Positions 42,129-50,670 of a stretch of 64,000 bases of DNA are shown piece by piece. The stretch is from an uncultured Acidobacteriota bacterium. Its GTDB lineage: Bacteria; Acidobacteriota; Thermoanaerobaculia; UBA5066; Gp7-AA6. The translations under genes were made by a program, and so were the position numbers. Below the pieces are notes generated by a model that made no database searches, was not told the DNA's origin, and saw only the letters and a list, made by a program, of their open reading frames with translations. Where the stretch lies: contig CAWERV010000018.1 in NCBI GenBank assembly GCA_963811425.1, positions 195,332 to 259,331 on the forward strand. The letters run 5' to 3'. Position 1 is the first letter of the stretch; each line of letters begins with the position of its first letter.

Positions 42129-43595
42129 TTGATGACGCGATCGCGACTTTGGACCTACGTCTCGTGTGGGCTACTCGCCACTACATTCGTGGCGTGCGGC
42201 CAAAAGGTCGAGCAGAAGGCCGCAGAGGTGGCCAAGGCACCCGAGAACTTGGTCAGGGAAACCGAGGCCCGCGAGGCCGGGATCGACGCCTACATCTACG
42301 CCTATCCGCTCGTGACGATGGAACTGACCCGCAGGGTCTCGACGAACGTCGCCGCGCCCGAGGGCAGCAAGGCTCCGATGGGGCAATTTGCCAAACTCCG
42401 CGGGTACCCGGCCGTCGATGACCATACGGTGACCGCCCCGAACGCGGACACCTTGTACACCGTGCTGTGGATCGATGTGTCCAAGGAACCCTGGATCGTG
42501 ACCTCTCCGGATATGAAGGGCCGCTTCTTTCTCCTCCCGATCCTGGACGGCTGGACCACGGTTTTCGCTGACCCGGGTAAACGAACGACAGGAACCGCCG
42601 CGCAGAAGTTTGCGATCACCGGCCCGGGCTGGAGCGGAACCCTTCCCGCTGGCGTCACGGAATACAAGTCGGCGACCGGCATGGTGTGGCTCCTGGGCCG
42701 GATCTACTGCACTGGGACACCCGATGACTACAAGGCTGTCCATGCGTTGCAGGACAAGATGACGGCAGTGCCGCTGTCTGCCTACGGCCAGTCCTTTACG
42801 CCGACACCAGGCGCTGTCGACTCCAGCGTCGACATGAAGACTTCGATCCGCGATCAAGTCAACGCGATGGACGCAGCGTCCTTCTTCAAGCTCTTTGCGC
42901 AGCTCATGAAGACCAATCCGCCGACAGCGGAAGATGCTCCGATGGTGGCGAGGCTCGCCAAGCTCGGGATCGTGCCGGGACAGGATTTCGACGTCTCCAG
43001 ACTCGACCCGGCAGTCGCGAAGGGTCTTGCTGACGTCCCCAAGAAGGCCCAGGACAAGATCATGTCCTGGATGAAGGAAGGGATCGTTGGAGGCGACATC
43101 AAGTTCACGGATGGCTGGCTGTTTACGACGAAGACCGGCATCTACGGGACTGCCTACCGCCAGCGCGCGCTGATCACGGCGATTGGTCTTGGAGCGAACC
43201 GGCCGCAGGATGCGGTCTACCCCACGTCCGAAGGACCGGACATCGTCAAGAAATACAGCGGCGCGAACAAGTACGTCTTGCACTTCAACAAGGGCGAACT
43301 CCCGCCGGTGGACGGCTTCTGGTCGCTGACGATGTACGACGCCAACTACTTCTTCGTGCCGAATCCGATCAACCGATACACGGTGAGCCAGCGCAACAAG
43401 CTCAAGGCCAACGCCGACGGGTCCGTCGACCTGTACGTCCAGAACGAGTCGCCCGGCAAAGACAAGGAAGAGAATTGGCTCCCGGCGCCGAAGGACCAGT
43501 TCATCCTGATGATGCGGCTGTACTGGCCAAAGGAGAAGCCGCCATCCATCCTCGACGGCAGCTGGAAGATCCCGGGCGTCAAGGAAGTCAGTTAA
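42129..43595 (+). CDS. DUF1254/DUF1214-domain lipoprotein
   Basis: Intact 488-aa ORF with lipobox LLATTFVAC. GIDAYIYAYPLV (DUF1254-like) and FWSLTMYD...NPINRY (DUF1214-like) blocks. Confidence 0.75.
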   Translation: MMTRSRLWTYVSCGLLATTFVACGQKVEQKAAEVAKAPENLVRETEAREAGIDAYIYAYPLVTMELTRRVSTNVAAPEGSKAPMGQFAKLRGYPAVDDHTVTAPNADTLYTVLWIDVSKEPWIVTSPDMKGRFFLLPILDGWTTVFADPGKRTTGTAAQKFAITGPGWSGTLPAGVTEYKSATGMVWLLGRIYCTGTPDDYKAVHALQDKMTAVPLSAYGQSFTPTPGAVDSSVDMKTSIRDQVNAMDAASFFKLFAQLMKTNPPTAEDAPMVARLAKLGIVPGQDFDVSRLDPAVAKGLADVPKKAQDKIMSWMKEGIVGGDIKFTDGWLFTTKTGIYGTAYRQRALITAIGLGANRPQDAVYPTSEGPDIVKKYSGANKYVLHFNKGELPPVDGFWSLTMYDANYFFVPNPINRYTVSQRNKLKANADGSVDLYVQNESPGKDKEENWLPAPKDQFILMMRLYWPKEKPPSILDGSWKIPGVKEVS

Positions 43596-43619
43596 GAGAG
43601 ACGCACCCGAAGCAGCCCT

Positions 43620-43670
43620 CGCGAGGCGCCGGCACGGCGCAGCCGCTCCGGCGCCTCGCGTCTGGTTTCT
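43620..43670 (+). terminator. Intrinsic terminator after the DUF1254/DUF1214 gene
   Basis: Perfect 13-bp inverted repeat CGCGAGGCGCCGG (43620-43632) / CCGGCGCCTCGCG (43648-43660) with a 15-nt loop, followed by TCTGGTTTCT. Confidence 0.6.
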
Positions 43671-43700
43671 CGTCCAAGTCCCGTGTCCTCGTTTTCCCCT

Positions 43701-43784
43701 GGTGAGCCGTGCGCAGGACTCGAAACTACGAGAAGTTCACAACAGGTCAGGGACCACCACGCGTCCGAGTCCTGTGTCCGAGTC
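43701..43784 (+). repeat. Array repeat copy R2 (most divergent in its middle)
   Basis: ggtgagccgtgcgcaggactcgaaactacgagaagttcacaacaggtcagggaccaccacgcgtccgagtcctgtgtccgagtc. Confidence 0.85.
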
Positions 43785-43841
43785 ACCGTTTGCGCCTCGC
43801 CCCGGCCCGTGCGACAATGTCGTACACACAGGAGATCACCA

Positions 43842-44057
43842 GTGACGACCCTGACCATACGGCTCGACCGGAAACTCGAGAAGGCGCTTGAACGCATCGC
43901 GACGAATACCGGAAGGACCAAGAGCGAAATTGCGCGCGAGGCGCTGAGACGTCAAGTCGCAGTCGCTCGTTTTCGGGAACTGCGGAAGAAGGCCTTGCCG
44001 TTCGCCGAGGCGCAAGGGCTCGTGACGGATGAAGATGTCTTTCGAGCCCTCTCGTGA
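43842..44057 (+). CDS. Ribbon-helix-helix antitoxin (CopG/VapB-like)
   Basis: GTG at 43842 follows AGGAG. TLTIRLDRKLEKALERIATNTGRTKSEIAREALRR is an RHH signature. Its stop overlaps the toxin start (GTGA). Confidence 0.7.
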   Translation: MTTLTIRLDRKLEKALERIATNTGRTKSEIAREALRRQVAVARFRELRKKALPFAEAQGLVTDEDVFRALS

Positions 44058-44461
44058 GAGTCTTCCTGGATGCGAACGTGCTCTTGAGCGCGTTCGCATC
44101 TCGGGGGCTGTGCGCTGACCTCCTGGAGGTCGTTTTGCTCGAGCACGACCTGGTTCTCGGGCACAACGTCGTCCGAGAGCTGAGCAAGGCGCTACGCCAG
44201 AAACTCAAGCTGCCGCCGGCCCGTGCAGCAGAGATCGTCGAATTCGTTTCCGGCGAAGCGGCTCAGCTCGTCGATGAGTCCCTGCCCAGCGGCGCCAGAG
44301 TCGACCCCGACGATGCGCTCGTGCTCGGGGAGGCGATCGCGGCTCATGCGGAAGGCTTCGTGACCGGGGATGCGGCCCTTCTCAAGCTCGGCACGGTCGA
44401 GAAGCTCGCCATCGTCACGCCCCGGCGGTTCTGGGAAGTCCTTCACACGGACAAGCCATAG
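44054..44461 (+). CDS. PIN-domain toxin (VapC-like)
   Basis: 135-aa ORF. N-terminal VFLDANVLLSA and later acidic residues (VDPDDALVLGEA, GDAALL) are typical of PIN nucleases. Confidence 0.75.
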   Translation: MRVFLDANVLLSAFASRGLCADLLEVVLLEHDLVLGHNVVRELSKALRQKLKLPPARAAEIVEFVSGEAAQLVDESLPSGARVDPDDALVLGEAIAAHAEGFVTGDAALLKLGTVEKLAIVTPRRFWEVLHTDKP

Positions 44462-44569
44462 CAGCCTGTTGGGCATCAATCACGTCTTGACTCTATCTGC
44501 GTCCATTCGTGGCTCACCCCCCCCGAGCAACGGCTCGTTGTTGGAATTCGTGAGAAGGCGTGAGACAGG

Positions 44570-44663
44570 ATGAGTGGTGAGCCGTGTAGGACTCGAACCT
44601 GCTGGAAGTTCACAACAGGTCACCGAGTTGGAACCGCGTGTCCGAGTCCTGAGTCCGAGTCCT
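44570..44663 (+). repeat. Array repeat copy R3 (with about 40 nt of extra 3' homology to R4, up to 44703)
   Basis: atgagtggtgagccgtgtaggactcgaacctgctggaagttcacaacaggtcaccgagttggaaccgcgtgtccgagtcctgagtccgagtcct. Confidence 0.9.
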
Positions 44664-44867
44664 CCTTACGGTTGACGAAACCCCTGACTGCACGCCGGGC
44701 ACCGAACAAGCGTCTGCCTCCCGCCATTTAGCTCGGCTACGATCCTGAGAAGACCCGGTCCTGGATGTCGCTCTCCCCGCATCACAGGCGGGTCAGTAGA
44801 ATGCCGGCAGCAGAGTTGCTCCGACGGAAAGGAGACCCGCGATGAAATATCAGCAGAGGGTCGCTCG

Positions 44868-45602
44868 ATGAGCGCGTACGCCGCCGCGATGTGGGGCGGG
44901 CTGGCCGCGGCGTCGCTGCTTCTGGGCGCGGGGCTGGCCCTGCGGTGGTCGCTCTCGGAGCGGCTCACGGGCGCGATCATGGGATTCGGGTCCGGCGCTC
45001 TCATCAGCAGCATCGCCTACGAGCTCGTGCCGGAATCGAAGATCGCCGGCGGCGGGCGATGGATCGTCCTCGCCTTCGCCCTTGGAGCGCTGGTCTTCTT
45101 CGTCGCCGATTGGGCGATCGACCGCAGCGGGGGCGCCGAACGCAAGAGCATCGAGGGAGGCAAGGGTGGGGGATCGGGCACTGCGATCTTCCTCGGGACA
45201 CTGCTCGACGGCGTGCCCGAGTCGCTGATCCTCGGCATGGGCCTGGCGACGGGCGGAGCGATCAGCGTCGCGTTTCTGACGGCGGTCTTCGTCTCGAACG
45301 TTCCGGAAGGGGTGGCGGGAACGCGCTCTCTCGTGGCCGCGGGCCGTACTCCGCGGCACGTTGTCGGCATGTGGACGGCGCTCATCATCGCATCGGCGAT
45401 CGCGTCGGCCCTCGGTTACGCGATCGTCCGCTCGATCCCGGCGGCCGACGGGCGATATGCCAAGGCCTTCGCCGCGGGAGCCGTTCTGACGATGCTTTCC
45501 GACGTCATGATGCCGGAGGCCTTCGAACACGGCGGCAAGCTCGTCGGCCTGCTGGCCACGCTGGGCTTCTCGACGGCGGCGATCCTCTCGGTGATGGAAT
45601 AG
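44868..45602 (+). CDS. ZIP-family divalent-metal transporter (ZupT-like)
   Basis: Intact 244-aa polytopic ORF. LLDGVPESLILGMG and SNVPEGVAG resemble conserved ZIP helices IV/V. Confidence 0.75.
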   Translation: MSAYAAAMWGGLAAASLLLGAGLALRWSLSERLTGAIMGFGSGALISSIAYELVPESKIAGGGRWIVLAFALGALVFFVADWAIDRSGGAERKSIEGGKGGGSGTAIFLGTLLDGVPESLILGMGLATGGAISVAFLTAVFVSNVPEGVAGTRSLVAAGRTPRHVVGMWTALIIASAIASALGYAIVRSIPAADGRYAKAFAAGAVLTMLSDVMMPEAFEHGGKLVGLLATLGFSTAAILSVME

Positions 45603-45603
45603 C

Positions 45604-45626
45604 CGCGTACGGCGCACGCGCTTTTT
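45604..45626 (+). terminator. Candidate intrinsic terminator after the ZIP gene
   Basis: CGCGT / ACGCG 5-bp stem with a 7-nt loop, followed by CTTTTTCGGTTTCG. This is a rare T-run in this GC-rich DNA. Confidence 0.45.
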
Positions 45627-45654
45627 CGGTTTCGCGAGAAATCGTGAGAGGGAG

Positions 45655-45747
45655 TGAGTGGTGAGCCGTGTAGGACTCGAACCTAACAGGAGTTCAAAAC
45701 AGGTCAATCACTTGGAGTTGCGTGTCCAAGTCCTGTGTCCGAGTCCT
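45655..45747 (+). repeat. Array repeat copy R4 (extra 3' homology to R3, up to 45787)
   Basis: tgagtggtgagccgtgtaggactcgaacctaacaggagttcaaaacaggtcaatcacttggagttgcgtgtccaagtcctgtgtccgagtcct. Confidence 0.9.
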
Positions 45748-45978
45748 CCTTGCGGTTGACGAAACCCCTGGATGGAGGCCGGGCACCCTGCAGTCGCCAG
45801 ATCGCTCCGATTTCGCTCCACCTCGAAGGCGCAGCGATCGGCCCGACCCAGTCCGAACTCTCATCGTGTCGAGCCGATCTACGGTGTCGGGATCCGCCAC
45901 GACGGCTCGGCCACGAGCTTTGGCCATCCGGCTCTCCCCGAGAGTGGCAGGATGGCGTTCAGGTAAACTCCGAACCTG

Positions 45979-48234
45979 TTGGCAGACACCTCATCGATTC
46001 TCGGTCGCACCGTCTCCCACTACACCGTCCTGGAACAACTGGGTGGTGGCGGGATGGGCGTGGTCTACAAGGCCACCGACACGCGCCTCGGCCGGAGCGT
46101 TGCCCTGAAATTCCTTCCCGATGACATTTCCCAGGACCCACAGGCGATCGAGCGATTCCGCCGAGAAGCGCGCGCCGCATCCGCGCTCAATCATCCCAAT
46201 ATCTGCACCATTCACGACATCGGAGAGTTCGAGGGTCGACCGTTCATCGCCATGGAGTTGCTCGAGGGCGAGACTCTCAAGCATCGTCTCGCCGGGAAGC
46301 CCATCGAAGTCTCGGAGCTCCTGGAGATCGGCATCCAGATAGCCAACGGGCTCGATGCGGCTCACTCGAGGGGTATCGTGCATCGCGACATCAAGCCGGC
46401 GAACATCTTTCTGGTGTCGCGCGGGCCAGCAAAGCTCCTGGACTTCGGTCTGGCGAAGCTCGCGCCCGCCGTCCGGCAGTCCGCCGACTCGGTGGGCGCC
46501 ACATTTATTCCCGATCAGACCCACGCCCCCGAGGGAGGGCATCTGACGAGTCCGGGCAGCTCGATGGGCACGATCCTCTACATGTCACCCGAGCAGGCGC
46601 GCGGCGAGGAGCTGGACGCGCGATCGGATCTGTTTTCGCTCGGCGTCGTGCTCTACGAGATGGCGACGGGTCTTCCTCCCTTCTCCGCTTCGACCTCGGC
46701 GCTCATTTTCGACGGAATCCTGCATTCCGCACCGACACCGGCAAGAGAGCTGAATCCGCGGCTGCCGGCGGCGATCGAAGGCCTCCTGAACAAGACCCTC
46801 GAGAAGGATCCCGATCTGCGGTGCCAGACGGCAGCCGAACTTCGAGCCGACCTGAAACGGCTCAAGCGCGACATCGAGTCCGGCCGGCGACCCGTCGCCG
46901 AGAAGACCGTCTCGGGTTCAGGGGCGCACCCGTCTGCGGCCACGCAAAAATCGGTCGCGGTGCTCTACTTCGAGAACCAGAGCGGCGCGAAAGAGGACGA
47001 ATATTTCCGCGACGGGATCACCGAAGACATCGTCACGGAGCTGTCGAAGATCGCGAAACTCGAGATCTTTCCGCGCTCGGAGATGCTCGCGTTTCGCGAC
47101 AAGCCGGTGACCGCGCTCCAGGTCGGCCAGCAGCTCGGCGCCGCCTACGTGCTCGAGGGGTCCATCCGACGCGCCAGCAACCGGGTGCGGATCACCGCGC
47201 AGCTCGTGGAAGCCTCGACGAAACGTTCCGTCTGGGCGGAGCGATACGACCGCCAGCTCGAGGACGTCTTCGCCATCCAGGAGGAAATCGCCCGGAGCAT
47301 CGCCCAGGCGCTGCGCATCACGCTGACGCCGCAGGAAGAGACGACGATCGCGCGCAAGCCCACGGACAACCCGCTGGCCTACGACTTCTACCTCCGCGGC
47401 AAGAGCTACTCGCGCCGGGAGAACATCGATTACGGCCTGCAGATGTTCGAGCAGGCCATCCAGCTGGACCCGAAGTTTGCCCTGGCGCACGCCGGGATTG
47501 CCCAGCTCTGCGGGCTCATCTACGAGCTTCGGGAACAGAAGCCGGAGTGGCTCGAACGAGCGAAGGCGGCCTGCGATAAGGCCGCGGCTCTCGTGCCGGA
47601 CATGCCGGAGATTCTCGTCGCAAAGGCTCGGATCTCCTACACGCAGAAGAAATACGACGAGGCCGCGCTGCTGGCATGGCGCGCCATCGAGCGCAAGCCG
47701 GACTGCGACGGCTCCTGGAACATCCTCGGCCGCGCGTATTTCGCCGCCGGCCGCTTCGAAGACGCCGCGGCGCTCACGGATCGAGCCATCGAAGCCAACG
47801 GCGACGACTACAACACGTTTCTCCCCTACGTGAACGCGCTGCAGCGGCTAGGGCGGACGAGCGAAAACTTGAAGCTGCGCAAGCAGATGGTCAAGATCCT
47901 CCGCCAGCAACTCGAACAGGTGCCGGAAGACGTGCGCGCCCGGATCCTGTTGTCCGCGTACCTCGCCTATCTGGACGAGGACCCGGACGAGTGCATCCGG
48001 CACCTGCAGACCGCGGTGGCTCTGCGCCCCGGCGATTCCAACACTCTCTACAACGCGGCTTGCACCTATGGTGTCCTCGGGAAGAAGGCCGAGGCGCTCG
48101 ACACGCTCAAGAAGGCCTTCGCGGCCGGATATGGCAACCCGAATTGGGCGGCCAATGATTCTGACCTCGATTGCCTGCACGACGACCCTGATTTCCAGAA
48201 ACTGGTCGGCCTCAGCGAACGCTCCGCATCGTAG
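45979..48234 (+). CDS. Ser/Thr protein kinase with TolB-like middle region and C-terminal TPR repeats
   Basis: TTG start. Kinase motifs are [27 protein letters not shown] and SPEQ. The [11 protein letters not shown]...[17 protein letters not shown] module comes next, followed by TPR-like repeats. Confidence 0.85.
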   Translation: MADTSSILGRTVSHYTVLEQLGGGGMGVVYKATDTRLGRSVALKFLPDDISQDPQAIERFRREARAASALNHPNICTIHDIGEFEGRPFIAMELLEGETLKHRLAGKPIEVSELLEIGIQIANGLDAAHSRGIVHRDIKPANIFLVSRGPAKLLDFGLAKLAPAVRQSADSVGATFIPDQTHAPEGGHLTSPGSSMGTILYMSPEQARGEELDARSDLFSLGVVLYEMATGLPPFSASTSALIFDGILHSAPTPARELNPRLPAAIEGLLNKTLEKDPDLRCQTAAELRADLKRLKRDIESGRRPVAEKTVSGSGAHPSAATQKSVAVLYFENQSGAKEDEYFRDGITEDIVTELSKIAKLEIFPRSEMLAFRDKPVTALQVGQQLGAAYVLEGSIRRASNRVRITAQLVEASTKRSVWAERYDRQLEDVFAIQEEIARSIAQALRITLTPQEETTIARKPTDNPLAYDFYLRGKSYSRRENIDYGLQMFEQAIQLDPKFALAHAGIAQLCGLIYELREQKPEWLERAKAACDKAAALVPDMPEILVAKARISYTQKKYDEAALLAWRAIERKPDCDGSWNILGRAYFAAGRFEDAAALTDRAIEANGDDYNTFLPYVNALQRLGRTSENLKLRKQMVKILRQQLEQVPEDVRARILLSAYLAYLDEDPDECIRHLQTAVALRPGDSNTLYNAACTYGVLGKKAEALDTLKKAFAAGYGNPNWAANDSDLDCLHDDPDFQKLVGLSERSAS

Positions 48235-48264
48235 AATCGCCCGAATCCAGCGCTCCAGCTCCTC

Positions 48265-48411
48265 CGACGGGTCGATCCGCTCATCGACGTCGCGCCGTCG
48301 GTACCGGACGGTCTCGCCGCCGTGGTCGCAAAGGCCATGCGCAAGCTGCCGGAGGAGCGCTTCGCTTCGGCGTCAGCGCTCCGCGATGCCCTTCTGGCGT
48401 CGCCCCCGTAA
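48265..48411 (+). pseudogene. Remnant of a second Ser/Thr kinase (C-lobe subdomain XI only)
   Basis: Translates as RVDPLIDVAPSVPDGLAAVVAKAMRKLPEERFASASALRDALLASPP-stop. It has no start codon and no upstream kinase motifs. It lies in the same frame as, and directly after, the TAG of the intact kinase. Confidence 0.6.
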
Positions 48412-48619
48412 ACCTACAACTGGGGTCAACCTCGAAAGGTAGTTGTGCAATCCGGCCGGGCGCACGCGGACACCGTCCTCGATCCGGTCGCTCGGGTCGA
48501 GGACGACCGCCTCTCCCTCTTTCTAGAGGCCTACGGTCTCCCGAGGTCCACGACGACAAGATAAGCGGCCGGCTAGGGAAATCTCTTCCCTCGGGTGCCG
48601 TTTGTCACGAGGCCCTTGA

Positions 48620-48654
48620 GGAAACTACGTGCCCGAGTTTGTGTCCCGAGTCCT
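48620..48654 (+). repeat. Degenerate copy of the tandem 13-mer part of the array repeat
   Basis: ggaaactacgtgcccgagtttgtgtcccgagtcct compares with the consensus CGTGTCCGAGTCCTGTGTCCGAGTCCT. Confidence 0.45.
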
Positions 48655-48771
48655 CGGCCCAAAAACACCCACTTTTCTCAATTTGGCCGATCGCAGCGGA
48701 ATCCTAGGAACCTGCTCAACTTACTCTGCGACCGCGCGTTGTTGGGCTTCGTTGGAACCTGTGAGAGGGGC

Positions 48772-48862
48772 TGAGTGGTGAGCCGTGTAGGACTCGAACC
48801 TTCAGGAAGTTCACAACAGGTCAACGAGTTGGAGCCGCGTGTCCGAGTCCTGTGTCCGAGTC
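48772..48862 (+). repeat. Array repeat copy R5
   Basis: tgagtggtgagccgtgtaggactcgaaccttcaggaagttcacaacaggtcaacgagttggagccgcgtgtccgagtcctgtgtccgagtc. Confidence 0.9.
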
Positions 48863-48969
48863 ATCCGCGCCCTATTCGACAGCACGTCGCGCCTCGCAGC
48901 GACGCGCTTGCGTCCGGCCGGCAAGTTCATCCCCTCCAGCGCGATCGTTGTGCCGTGCTTCGCGAGACT

Positions 48970-49299
48970 CTACTTCGCCTTCCGATGCCCCTCGGCAACG
49001 GCGTGGTTTCCCCTGCGTCCCAGGGCGCTGGGGAGCCTGGCCATGCCAGCTCGCGCACGCGCGAGATCGTAGGAGCTCTGAAGGTTGATCCAGAACTCCG
49101 GCGTCGTCCTTAGAGCCGAAGAGAACAAGAGCGCCGTCTCCGGGGTCACTCCCCGCTTGCCGTTGACGATCTCGTTCACCCGCTGGATCGGGATCCCGAG
49201 ATGGTTCGCGAACTCGACCTGTGTGACACCCATCGGATTCAGAAACTCCTCAACGAGCATTTCGCCCGGATGTGTCGGAATTCGGCTGGTCGGCAACAT
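48970..49299 (-). CDS. higA: HigA-family antitoxin (XRE-type HTH)
   Basis: HPGEMLVEEFLNPMGVTQVEFANHLGIPIQRVNEIVNGKRGVTPETALLFSSALRTTPEFWINLQ is the HigA/VapI signature. Confidence 0.85.
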   Translation of the reverse strand: MLPTSRIPTHPGEMLVEEFLNPMGVTQVEFANHLGIPIQRVNEIVNGKRGVTPETALLFSSALRTTPEFWINLQSSYDLARARAGMARLPSALGRRGNHAVAEGHRKAK

Positions 49300-49314
49300 G
49301 ACTCCCCCCTTGGT

Positions 49315-49605
49315 CTAGTGGTAATCGGTCAGGGTCACGTCTCGCGCGAGGCCATCTTCCCAGCGAAAGACGATTCGCCATTGATCGTTCACGCGGATGC
49401 TGTGAAAACCCTTCCAGTCGCCCTTCAGCGCTTCCAGTCGGTTGCCAGGAGGCGCCTTCAGGTCAGCCAGGATGTGAGCCGCTTCGATCATGTCGAGCTT
49501 TCTCTTCGCCGCGCTTAAGACGTCCGGGCCTACCCGTCTCGTCCGGGAAGAGGTCTGGCCGTCGTAAATCTCCTCGGTCACGGCATCCCCGAAGGAGGCG
49601 ATCAC
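49315..49605 (-). CDS. higB: HigB-family toxin (RelE/ParE superfamily, plasmid maintenance system killer)
   Basis: 96 aa. PPGNRLEALKGDWKGFHSIRVNDQWRIVFRWEDG is the HigB signature. It lies upstream of higA, as usual for higBA. Confidence 0.85.
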   Translation of the reverse strand: MIASFGDAVTEEIYDGQTSSRTRRVGPDVLSAAKRKLDMIEAAHILADLKAPPGNRLEALKGDWKGFHSIRVNDQWRIVFRWEDGLARDVTLTDYH

Positions 49606-49690
49606 CCGCGAATACTACACGACTACCGTGCAATCGTGCAAGAGCCGGGGCACAAGCCGCCGGCGACCGGAAATGCACCGACGAGAGGCT

Positions 49691-49780
49691 CAGTGGTGAG
49701 CCGTGTAGGACTCGAACCTACGAGAAGTTCACAACAAATCAGCCACTTGGCGCATGTGTCCGAGTCCTGTGTCCGAAGTC
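49691..49780 (+). repeat. Array repeat copy R6
   Basis: cagtggtgagccgtgtaggactcgaacctacgagaagttcacaacaaatcagccacttggcgcatgtgtccgagtcctgtgtccgaagtc. Confidence 0.9.
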
Positions 49781-49807
49781 ATTTCGGAGGACGCTCTTGG
49801 AAGCTGT

Positions 49808-50659
49808 CTAGAGCGCTCCGAAGATCGGCGTGAGCTCGATGCCGATCGTCCAACGGGGAAACGAGCTCGACGGGCGCGCGGCGTAGTAGCCGCCCTCGAT
49901 CGAGAAGCTGAGCGGCTGCTTGCCGATGGTGAAGACCTTGCCGACCTGCAGTCCGACGGGAAACGTGGCGGCGCCGTGGTCCTTCCAGTTGAAGACCCAG
50001 TTGAAATCGCTGTAGCCCGCGAACCAGCCCTCCGGCAGGTTGTACGTCAATGAAGGCGTGACGATCAGGTTGTTGACGTCCGGCCGATTGGGGCTGCCGG
50101 CGTAGGAGATCGGGTTCTGCAGCACCGCTCCGGCGACGAGGTGCTTCACTCCGGTGTAGATCAAGGCAAAGGACGGGCCCGCCTGCCACTTGCCGTTGCC
50201 CAGGACGGGAGAGCTCGCCGTGGGAAAGACGAGCGCCGGACCGAAACCCCACCGGCCCCAGGACTGCGAAATCGTCACGAGATCGAAGACCTGAAGATCC
50301 CCGACTCCGGCCTGGCTGACCGGCGACGGAAGTGAGGGAAACGGGAGCGTGATCTTCATCAGCTGGGTAAAGGGAATGGCCTTAGAGGGAAGGATCGGAA
50401 GGACCGGCTGGAGCTGAAAGATATTGCCGGCGCCCGTGAATCCGGGGAGATCCGGCACGATCGCGTCGCGGAATTGCAACAGGGTCGTCGGCGAGGTCGG
50501 GTTGTTGGCGGCGTTGGCCAGGTCGCGCGCGGTAACGGCGCCTCCCCCCGACTCCGGGGCGGCTGGCGGCCCCGGCGGGGGATCGGGCGGCGTCTGGGCC
50601 ACGGCGCGGCCGGCCACGAACAATCCGAGCGCCAGGACGATTCGAAAATTGCAGCCCAT
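49808..50659 (-). CDS. Outer-membrane beta-barrel protein (family not recognised)
   Basis: ATG at 50659 follows AAGGAGAA, with signal peptide MGCNFRIVLALGLFVAGRAVAQ. Alternating-strand pattern throughout. Confidence 0.6.
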   Translation of the reverse strand: MGCNFRIVLALGLFVAGRAVAQTPPDPPPGPPAAPESGGGAVTARDLANAANNPTSPTTLLQFRDAIVPDLPGFTGAGNIFQLQPVLPILPSKAIPFTQLMKITLPFPSLPSPVSQAGVGDLQVFDLVTISQSWGRWGFGPALVFPTASSPVLGNGKWQAGPSFALIYTGVKHLVAGAVLQNPISYAGSPNRPDVNNLIVTPSLTYNLPEGWFAGYSDFNWVFNWKDHGAATFPVGLQVGKVFTIGKQPLSFSIEGGYYAARPSSSFPRWTIGIELTPIFGAL

Positions 50660-50670
50660 GAATTTCTCCT

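Noticed and set aside
48839-49072. Small ORFs starting inside the repeats (for example 48839..49072, 48852..49088, 60110..60301, 60171..60467, 61800..62069, 45722..46108)
   Set aside because: Their N-termini (MSESCVRV..., VRVLCPS...) are just translations of the repeated GTGTCCGAGTCCT units. The frames differ between copies and there are no RBSs.
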